A DNA stretch of 64,000 nucleotides from Acidobacteriota bacterium (GTDB taxonomy: Bacteria > Acidobacteriota > UBA6911 > RPQK01 > JAJDTT01). The notes under the pieces are model-generated. The model ran no database searches. It had not been told where the DNA came from and saw nothing but the letters and a program-made list of their open reading frames with translations. A program made the translations under genes and the position numbers. Shown here piece by piece: positions 56,894 to 64,000 of the stretch. The stretch covers positions 448,001 to 512,000 of the forward strand of contig OZ253580.1 in NCBI GenBank assembly GCA_965263035.1, written 5' to 3'. How positions within the stretch are numbered: the stretch's first letter is position 1; the number at the start of each line of letters is the position of its first letter.

Positions 56894-58441
56894 TCACTTG
56901 AAGCGGATCGAGTAGAGGTCCGCGTCCTTCATCACGAAGCGGAGGCGCACCGGGTGGCCGGCGAACCGGCGCAGGGGACGATCCGACGTGCCCTTGGCGT
57001 GGGCCCGCACCCACCTCACCTTCCCCTCGATCTCGTCGCCCCAGATCAGTGGAGACTCCTCCAGGGCGAACCCGGCCAGCGGATTTCCCGCCAGGTCCTG
57101 GATCTCCAGGCGAATGCTTCCGGCGGCCGAGGTGGCGTAGTTGAGATACAGATTTTCCCCTTGGAACAGGATGGGCTTCGTCACCAGCTCGCCTCCCGGA
57201 TAGCCGGCGTGGACCGACACGAACCCGTCGGTTCTCAGGACCATCCGTTCCACATGGCAACTGGGCAGGTTGTAGTTGCGAACCACGTAGAGGGAGATCT
57301 CATCGGGAGCCGTGGGGTGCACTCCGACCCCGACCAGATTGTTCCGGTGCGTCCAGTTGCGCTGGTCCCGGCCGGGACGGACGAAGGCTTCCATGAAGCG
57401 CCGGTCCCAGTGCAGACCGTCGCGGCTGGTCAGGAAGACGGCCTCGGAGGCGCCGGGATAGGGAGTCGAGGCAAACCGCTTCCGCCAGGGCTGAAAGCGC
57501 TTGGGGAAGGCCATGTAGATGTGGGGCGCCCGGAAATAGGGCGTCGTCCCGTTGGTGTAGAGGTGCTCGGTGGCGGCTCCTCCAAAATCGACCCAATGGG
57601 GCATGTCCCAGTTGACGAAGTCCTTCGACGTGGAGAACTTGAAGCTGCGGTTGCCGTAGTTGTACGGAGGCCCGGCCGTGTGGTCGAAGGGGAGCGAGTG
57701 CGGGCTGATTCCCCGGTCCGAGTCGCGGAAGAAGATGCTGTAGCGTCCCCGGTACGAGTCCCAGAAGGCCACGTTGAGGGCGTCGAAGGCGTTCCGGTGG
57801 AGCCCCTTCCGAATCAGCGACTTCTGGCCCTGCAACTCGGTCCAGCGAAGCCCGTCGGAAGAGACCAGCGCGATCAACGGATAACTGCTTCCCCCCAACG
57901 CCTTGTAGCGCTGGGAGTCGGGAGCCGCCGGATTGCCGTCCTTGAAGACACTCATGCAGTCGGTGACCGTCTGGTCTCCCGGCTTGTCCAGCCAGACGAT
58001 GGAGTTTTCCCTGGAACCCTGGAACTCGTACAGCCCCAGCGAGGGACGCTCCCAGACGATGCCGTCGCGGCTCTCGGCGTAGCCAATGGTATTGGGATGG
58101 TCTTCGACCTGTTTTTCGCCGGGCTTCAGCAATCCCGGGTCCATGTATTCGGAGTTGTTGCTCCCCCGGAAGTACATGCGCAGCCGGTCGTCATCCTTGA
58201 CGACGCTGACGTAGAAACTGGTATTCCCTTCCCAGGGCCGGTCGAAGATGAGGACCTTGCCTGCCGAGCGTGGGCGGTGGAGCTTCAATTCGACTCCCGA
58301 CGTCCGCTCGATGAGGAAGTCGTCCACGAAAAGTTCGAGCCGTGACCCGATGTCGATGGGCTTGGATTGCTCCGTTCCGCCCCCGACGGCATTTCCCGAC
58401 CACAGACCCAGCCAGACCAGCAAACAGACCTTCTTGAACAT
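56894..58441 (-). CDS. Exported beta-propeller glycoside hydrolase-like protein
   Basis: Start MFKKVCLL at 58441 with signal peptide; LELFVDD, YAESRDGIVW.RP, SxDGxxW Asp-box repeats, RTDGFVS, ADLYSIRF. Confidence 0.8.
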   Translation of the reverse strand: MFKKVCLLVWLGLWSGNAVGGGTEQSKPIDIGSRLELFVDDFLIERTSGVELKLHRPRSAGKVLIFDRPWEGNTSFYVSVVKDDDRLRMYFRGSNNSEYMDPGLLKPGEKQVEDHPNTIGYAESRDGIVWERPSLGLYEFQGSRENSIVWLDKPGDQTVTDCMSVFKDGNPAAPDSQRYKALGGSSYPLIALVSSDGLRWTELQGQKSLIRKGLHRNAFDALNVAFWDSYRGRYSIFFRDSDRGISPHSLPFDHTAGPPYNYGNRSFKFSTSKDFVNWDMPHWVDFGGAATEHLYTNGTTPYFRAPHIYMAFPKRFQPWRKRFASTPYPGASEAVFLTSRDGLHWDRRFMEAFVRPGRDQRNWTHRNNLVGVGVHPTAPDEISLYVVRNYNLPSCHVERMVLRTDGFVSVHAGYPGGELVTKPILFQGENLYLNYATSAAGSIRLEIQDLAGNPLAGFALEESPLIWGDEIEGKVRWVRAHAKGTSDRPLRRFAGHPVRLRFVMKDADLYSIRFK

Positions 58442-58546
58442 GATTGAGACTGTATCAATCCCAGGAAGAAGTCGCCAAGCCGGGGACGGCGTCAGATTCG
58501 TAGACGGGTGATCCAACTGGTAGGATTGCGGGCGAGGAGGACGACC

Positions 58547-59902
58547 ATGAGCCAGCCGGTTTCCGGCCCCCTGTTGCTTCAGGACCCCGCCTACGACTAT
58601 CCGGTGGTGGAAAGAGGCGAGGGAATCTACGTCTACGACGGCGCCGGCAAGCGTTTCATCGACGGCACCGCCGGAGCCGGCAACGTCATTCTGGGCCACG
58701 GACGCCGGCGGATCGCCCGGATCATGGCCCGCCAGGCCGAGACGCTGGCCTTCGTCTTCACTTCTCATTTCACCAATCCGGTGGCCGCCGAGCTGGCCGG
58801 ACGGCTGGCGGAAAAGGCGCCGGGCCAGCTGAATCATGTCTATTTCGTCTCCGGCGGCTCGGAAGGAGTCGAGACCGCGTTGAAACTGGCACGGCTCTAC
58901 CACCTGCGGCGGGGCCAGGGCCAGAAACATCAGGTCATCGCCCGTTGGAGCAGCTATCACGGAGCCACGCTGGGCGCGCTCTCGACCACCGGATCCGGAG
59001 TCCGGCACGCCTTCAGTCCCTGGCTGGCCGGGTTCGAGCACATCGACCCCTGCCTGCCACGGGCGTGTCTCTTCGACGGATGCGGGGAATCCTGCACGCT
59101 GGCCTGCGCGCGCGAGCTGGAACGGGCCATCATCCGGGCCGGACCGGAGAACGTGGCGGCCTTCGTGGCCGAACCCGTCTCCATGGCCGGCGGTGCCCCA
59201 GCCATTCCGCCGGCCGACTACTTCCCTCGGATACGGGAGATCTGCGACCGCTACGGCGTGCTCTGGATCGCCGACGAAGTGGTGACCGGATTCGGCCGGA
59301 CGGGGCGTTTCTTCGCCATCCAGCACTGGGATGCGGTTCCCGATATCGTGGCCTTCGGCAAAGGCGTCAGCAGCGGCTACCTCCCCATGGGGGGCGCACT
59401 GTTCACCGATGAGATCCGGCACGTGTTGGAAGCCAAGAAAGATGCCCTTCCCCACGTCTTCACCTACGTGAACAACCCTCTCGCCGCCCGGGTCGGGCTC
59501 ACCGTCCTGGACCTGATGGAAGAAGAGAGCATCGTGGAGAGATCGGCCGCCATGGGGGACTACCTGCTGGAGCGAGTCCGGACCCTGCGCAGCCATTCCA
59601 TGGTGGGCGACGTCCGGGGCCTGGGAATGCTGGTGGGGTTCGAACTGGTGAGCTCCCGCAAGCCCTACACCTACTTCCCCCCTAATCTGAAGGTCCATGA
59701 GCGATTGCACCGGCATCTGATCCGCCGGGGACTCTCCATCTCCGCGACGGGAGGTCCCGGCGACGGGAGCCCGGGGGACAGCGTCCGCATCTTCCCCCCC
59801 CTGGCCATCACCCGGGCGGAGATCGACGAAATCGTAGAGATGTTGGACGAGGCGCTCACGGCAGTGCGGCGCCAGATCGAGAGGGTAATGAGGCATGCGT
59901 GA
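58547..59902 (+). CDS. Class III PLP-dependent aminotransferase
   Basis: GAGG RBS; SGGSE, SYHG, AEP, DEVVTGFGRTG, FGKG, PPL. Confidence 0.93.
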   Translation: MSQPVSGPLLLQDPAYDYPVVERGEGIYVYDGAGKRFIDGTAGAGNVILGHGRRRIARIMARQAETLAFVFTSHFTNPVAAELAGRLAEKAPGQLNHVYFVSGGSEGVETALKLARLYHLRRGQGQKHQVIARWSSYHGATLGALSTTGSGVRHAFSPWLAGFEHIDPCLPRACLFDGCGESCTLACARELERAIIRAGPENVAAFVAEPVSMAGGAPAIPPADYFPRIREICDRYGVLWIADEVVTGFGRTGRFFAIQHWDAVPDIVAFGKGVSSGYLPMGGALFTDEIRHVLEAKKDALPHVFTYVNNPLAARVGLTVLDLMEEESIVERSAAMGDYLLERVRTLRSHSMVGDVRGLGMLVGFELVSSRKPYTYFPPNLKVHERLHRHLIRRGLSISATGGPGDGSPGDSVRIFPPLAITRAEIDEIVEMLDEALTAVRRQIERVMRHA

Positions 59903-60167
59903 GAGAGACTTCTACCGGGAACGGCGTGAGACCAAGACGGCTCGGCTCTCCTGTCCCCACTGCCGGGAACCGGGCGACTTCCAGGTCCGATGGCTGGTGC
60001 GGGAGAAAAAGGGCCGTCTGCCCCATCGCACCAACACCGAGGACCGGCGCCGATTCACCAACCTCCGCTCCTACATGGTCCGGGAAGACGAGTACCTCTT
60101 CTGTCCCAACCCCAGGTGCCGCAGACGCTTCGAAATCCCGAGCCAGCAGTCGGTCGTGCTCCTGTAG
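59895..60167 (+). CDS. Small zinc-ribbon protein (90 aa)
   Basis: CPHC and CPNPRC; overlaps the aminotransferase stop; its TAG is part of the REP GTAG. Confidence 0.8.
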   Translation: MRERDFYRERRETKTARLSCPHCREPGDFQVRWLVREKKGRLPHRTNTEDRRRFTNLRSYMVREDEYLFCPNPRCRRRFEIPSQQSVVLL

Positions 60168-60797
60168 ATCGGGTCGGGCGCAGGGGATTGCGCCCCCGCA
60201 CCCTCCCACACCACCGGACGTACCGTTTTCAGTATCCGGCGGTTGGAGTCACCCGAGGCTCTTTCGAGCCTCGTACAGGGCCTTTCTTTCCGGTTTCCGC
60301 CGCCGCTGAGACTTGATCTCCGCCCTTCCGGCTTGCCGGGCTCCACCCGTGGGCCTTCCATGCCGGGTCCGAGGGGCCTCCCCCCGCCCCGTTTTCGGAG
60401 GTAGTTGCGATCCCGCTGACGAGTCCACCATAGGGCCAGTCCGACTCCTTCGGTCCTTCGCTCCACCGGCATTACCCGGCTTCTTCGCTACTACGACCTC
60501 TGCTGACTTCTCAAGGGCTCTCACCCTTGAGATCTCCCCGAGTAAGGTGCTGCATCTTTCCCCCCGGGCCGCCCGGCTCTACCTGATGCGTCTGGATGGG
60601 GTTCGGGTTTCGCTGTTGCTCGCCAGCTCACCGCCCGCACCCGGCCTCACTGCCGGTTCGTGTTCCTGCGGTCGTGGGTTTGCCTTCCGCTTCCTTCAGC
60701 TTCACCTCGCGGCTACGCCTTGCGGTTCGGCTAGGGTTGGTCCCATCACCTCCCTTGGGATCTTTCATCCCTTAGATACAGCCCATGTCGGGCGCAC
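60168..60797 (-). ncRNA. ORF-less group IIC intron ribozyme (630 nt)
   Basis: 5' GTGCGCCCGACATGGG; CTTACTCGGGGAGATCT; AAGTCAGCAGAGGTCGTAGTA...GAAGGACCGAA; domain V AACCGCCGGATAC...GTACGTCCGGTGGT (60210-60244); domain VI ending CCCGAT; no RT ORF. Confidence 0.93.
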
Positions 60798-60930
60798 GAG
60801 CGGCGACTTTCTTGTCGCCGAACAGGGGGGAAAGGGGGACGGAGTCCCCACTCTACACTTTCCGGCAAGAAGAGCAGGCGGCAAGAAAGCCGCCTGTCCC
60901 AGTGGGCGACAAGAAAGTCGCCCCTCCCAG
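60798..60930 (+). repeat. BIME-like REP cluster, copy 3 (intron target)
   Basis: Three GGCG(A/G)C-N6-G(T/C)CGCC hairpins plus a GGGGAC-GGA-GTCCCC hairpin, collinear with the reverse complement of 14375-14500. Confidence 0.9.
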
Positions 60931-61013
60931 CCGAAAACACTCTTGCACCGCCAACCCGGAACGAATAGCATCTCCACTGCTTTTCTTCCGGTAAGCGTAC
61001 CGAAAGGATCGAC

Positions 61014-62624
61014 ATGCAACTGCACTTCGCCGATCACATGGTCCTGGTGGCCTACCTGGGAGCCATGATGTTTCTGGGTTGGCGGCTCTCCCGGGGCCAG
61101 ACGACCGGTGAGGAGTACTTCCTGGGTGGGCGGCGGCTTCCCTGGTTCGCCGTGGGCATAAGCATCATCGCCTCCCTGCTCTCCAGCATCAGTTTCCTGG
61201 CCTATCCCGGCGTGGTCTGGCGTTTCGGCTTCGGAAACCTGGTGAGCACCTTCCTCGGTTTTCCCATCCACGTGGCCTTCATCCTGCTGCTGACCATTCC
61301 CTTCTTCGTCCGCTTCCGCTTCACCACCGCTTACGAGTACCTGGAACACCGGTACGGCCTCTCGGCGAGGCTCCTGGGAGCCTCCATGTTCCTGGTGTTC
61401 GTGTCGGTTCTGATGATGGTGATCGTCCTGGTCTCTTCCCGGGCCCTGGCCGTGGCCACAGGCATCCCTCTGATCGTCATCATCCTCACCGTCGGCGTCG
61501 TGGCCACGGTCTACACCATGATGGGCGGGATTCGGGCCGTGGTGTGGACCGACGTGATCCAGGTGGCGCTGCTTCTGGGCGGCGGATTTTTCACCATCGG
61601 CTACGTGGCCTGGGCCACCGGCTCCAACCTTTGGGATTGGATGGAGGTGGTCAACCTCCGAGACAACGAGAGCTTCACCTTCTTCTCGCCCGACCCGACC
61701 CTGCCGGCGACGGTGGTCACCTTCACCTTGACCGACGCGCTCTGGATCGTCGTCGCCCACTGCGCCAACCAGATGACCATGCAGCGTTACTTCAGCACCG
61801 TGGACGTCGCGGCCAGCAAGCGGAGCATGGTGACCGGAGCGGTCACCGGAATCATCATCATCCTGGTCCTCACCATCGTGGGCGCCAGCCTGGTCTACTA
61901 CTTCACCCAGGGACCCGAGCCCCTTCCCGGTCACATCGACCTGGCCAACGGCAAGGACCGGGACAGCATCTTCCCCTTCTTCGTAGCCTCCCGAGTCCCG
62001 CCCGGCCTGGCCGGCGCCATCTTCGCCGCGCTGCTGGCGGCCGCCATGTCCACCATCGACTCGGGGGTGAACTCCTTTGCCACGGTGGCCACCGTGGATT
62101 TCGGACGCCTGCGCAAGAAGAAAAAACCCGTGGACCAGGTCCACCAGGCCCGCATCATCACCCTGGTGGTGGGCTTGGCAGTGACGTTGGGAGCCTTCTT
62201 CCTGGACAACCTCACCGGCGCCGACGACATCCTGACCATCCTGCCCAAGACCTTCAACTCGCTGGTGGGTCCCATGGGCGGGCTCTTTCTGGCCGGGATG
62301 CTCCTGCCCCGCGCCGGCCGGAGAACCGTCTGGCCGGCGGCCATCATCGGCTTCCTGACGGCCCTCGGGGTCGCTTATTCCCAGCCCCTGCTCCAGTCTC
62401 TCAGCCCCGCGGCCCAGCAGACACTGGTGTCGCTGCTGGGAGAGAACTTCGGCCCGCGGCTGATCGAGAAGGGGATGGGTTTCACCTGGATCATGCCCTC
62501 CTCCTTCGCCGCCAGCTTCGGCACGGCCTGGATCCTGAGCCTGATCTTCCCCAACCGGAACCAGGACCGCCTGGCCGGACTGACCTGGAAGACCCGCCAC
62601 GAGAAGACCTGGCTGGCCTCGTGA
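61014..62624 (+). CDS. Sodium:solute symporter (SSS family)
   Basis: EYFLGGRRLPW, TAYEYLE.RYG, YTMMGGIRAVVWTDVIQ, QRYF, AAAMSTIDS. Confidence 0.94.
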   Translation: MQLHFADHMVLVAYLGAMMFLGWRLSRGQTTGEEYFLGGRRLPWFAVGISIIASLLSSISFLAYPGVVWRFGFGNLVSTFLGFPIHVAFILLLTIPFFVRFRFTTAYEYLEHRYGLSARLLGASMFLVFVSVLMMVIVLVSSRALAVATGIPLIVIILTVGVVATVYTMMGGIRAVVWTDVIQVALLLGGGFFTIGYVAWATGSNLWDWMEVVNLRDNESFTFFSPDPTLPATVVTFTLTDALWIVVAHCANQMTMQRYFSTVDVAASKRSMVTGAVTGIIIILVLTIVGASLVYYFTQGPEPLPGHIDLANGKDRDSIFPFFVASRVPPGLAGAIFAALLAAAMSTIDSGVNSFATVATVDFGRLRKKKKPVDQVHQARIITLVVGLAVTLGAFFLDNLTGADDILTILPKTFNSLVGPMGGLFLAGMLLPRAGRRTVWPAAIIGFLTALGVAYSQPLLQSLSPAAQQTLVSLLGENFGPRLIEKGMGFTWIMPSSFAASFGTAWILSLIFPNRNQDRLAGLTWKTRHEKTWLAS

Positions 62625-62659
62625 GGACGGGTGCTTCTTCTCCAGTTAACTAGTGCACT

Positions 62660-63598
62660 ATGGAATACAGACGCCTTGGAAGAACCGATCTCCAGGTGAG
62701 CGCCATCGGATTTGGAGGCGCCACTTTCGGCCGCGAGATCGATCAGTCTACGGCCTGGATGCTGCTGGACCGGGCCTTGGAACGTGGGATCACCCTCATC
62801 GACACCGCCGAATCCTACAGCAAGCGGGAGTCGGAGCGGATGATCGGCGAGTGGCTCCGGGAGCGAGGCACGCGGCAGCAGATCGTCCTGGCCACCAAGT
62901 GCGGCTTCTCCGGACCGCTGGACGGGCCGAAGGTGACGCAGAAGATCGAGCAGAGCCTCCGAATGCTGCAGACCGACGTCATCGACCTGTTCCAGCTTCA
63001 TCACTGGCCCCTGGAGGGAGACCCGGTGGACGAGATCCTTGAGGCCTTTTCCCGAGCGGTGGAGCAGGGCAAGGTGCGGCACCTGGGACTGAGCAACTCG
63101 GCCGCCTGGCAGCTGTGCAAGGCGCTCTGGACTCAGGACATCAACGGCTGGGCTCGTTTCGACTCCATCCAACCCCAGTACAACCTTTCGGACCGGTCGC
63201 TGGAGGAGGAGATGGCGCCGCTCTGCAGGGACCAGGGCCTGGGCATCCTCTCCTACAGCCCCCTGGGCGGCGGTTTTCTGACCGGCAAATATTCGCCCCA
63301 GGGGCCGCTACCGCCGGGAACCCGTTTCGAGCTGGCCAACGACTGGATGCCCGGCTACTTTCATCGGCGCGGCTTTGCGCTGGTGGAGAGGCTGAAAGTG
63401 GTTTCCCGGGAAGTGGGGCGGTCCATGGTGGATCTGGCCCTGGCCTGGGCGCTGTTCCAACCTCAGATCACCTCGGTGCTGATCGGAGGCAGACGACCCG
63501 GCCATATCGACCAGGCCTTCGACAGCCTGGCCGCCGGCCTGAGCCCTGAACTGCGGGACCGGCTGGACCGAATCTCCGATCCCTCCACTTACGGTTGA
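62660..63598 (+). CDS. Aldo/keto reductase
   Basis: IDTAESY, LATK, DLFQLH, GLSN, QPQYN, YSPLGGG. Confidence 0.94.
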   Translation: MEYRRLGRTDLQVSAIGFGGATFGREIDQSTAWMLLDRALERGITLIDTAESYSKRESERMIGEWLRERGTRQQIVLATKCGFSGPLDGPKVTQKIEQSLRMLQTDVIDLFQLHHWPLEGDPVDEILEAFSRAVEQGKVRHLGLSNSAAWQLCKALWTQDINGWARFDSIQPQYNLSDRSLEEEMAPLCRDQGLGILSYSPLGGGFLTGKYSPQGPLPPGTRFELANDWMPGYFHRRGFALVERLKVVSREVGRSMVDLALAWALFQPQITSVLIGGRRPGHIDQAFDSLAAGLSPELRDRLDRISDPSTYG

Positions 63599-63627
63599 CC
63601 TCCCCGGACCAGGAGCGCTCCTCCGTC

Positions 63628-64000
63628 GTGCGTGTCGCCTTCTACTACCATCAGGACCGGCCCCTTCCTCCCGATCACGAAGGGAGCAACCCGTACGGGG
63701 CGCTGCTCACCGAGGCTCTGGAGCGCCAAGACGTTCGGGTGGAGTACTCCAGGGATTACAGTCCCGAATACCTGCGCCGGAACAGCGGCAGGATCCAGGT
63801 CCTTCATTTCCACTGGCCCCACCATGACTACTTCCACCCGGAACGCCACCTCATGGAGGAACGGATGCGGGGGATGGTGGCCTCATTGGAGCTGGCCCGC
63901 GAGCTGGGCTACAAGATCGTCTGGACCGCCCACAACATCTATCCCCACAACCGGCGTCACCGTTCCATCGACCACGAGTTCCGCCTCGAGATCTGCCGCC
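63628..64000 (+). CDS. GT4-like glycosyltransferase, N-terminal part (runs off the window)
   Basis: Manual translation from GTG 63628: ...SNPYGALL...VLHFHWP...KIVWTAHNIYPH. Confidence 0.75.
   Translation, partial: MRVAFYYHQDRPLPPDHEGSNPYGALLTEALERQDVRVEYSRDYSPEYLRRNSGRIQVLHFHWPHHDYFHPERHLMEERMRGMVASLELARELGYKIVWTAHNIYPHNRRHRSIDHEFRLEICR

Noticed and set aside
56894-59896. 1000-aa minus-strand ORF
   Set aside because: The first ~485 codons are the antisense shadow of the aminotransferase; the real gene starts at 58441 with a signal peptide.
60249-61068. ORFs of 91-251 aa over the intron and REP
   Set aside because: No RT (YADD) or maturase motifs; they are incidental frames across structured RNA.

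Overview
GC-rich bacterial chromosome segment; gene content and the giant secreted protein suggest Acidobacteriota, which is an inference. It has four parts. (1) 1-15.2 kb, housekeeping and envelope genes: GT4, vapBC, O-antigen ligase, FG-GAP protein, lysA, a tandem YjbQ-like protein, HEAT proteins, a UbiD-family decarboxylase, nfo and an aquaporin. (2) 15.3-37.7 kb, a decaying defence/accessory island: an AAA-DUF4143 ATPase coupled to a 1369-aa NACHT/STAND protein with a C-terminal restriction-like nuclease; a complete IS1380 splitting a secreted protein next to a MepA-like peptidase remnant; a Schlafen/AlbA_2 protein; XRE-ImmA plus a PIN remnant; a ~1976-aa DEAH helicase-DUF1998-nuclease-S24 gene broken by an IS and an amber stop; and MntA-HepT. 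(3) 37.7-52.4 kb, a single 4911-aa secreted S8-protease/adhesin gene next to tRNA-Ala(GGC). (4) 53-64 kb, metabolism: pdxH, xylBA, a beta-propeller hydrolase, an aminotransferase, an SSS transporter, an AKR and a GT. The most striking non-coding find is a 630-nt ORF-less group IIC intron (60168-60797, minus strand). It is inserted exactly between the GTAG foot and the hairpin of a REP-like repeat, and its candidate EBS1 loop (GAGC) is complementary to the REP. Empty copies of the same repeat lie at ~12.9 kb and ~14.4 kb. No CRISPR array, reverse transcriptase or integrase was seen.
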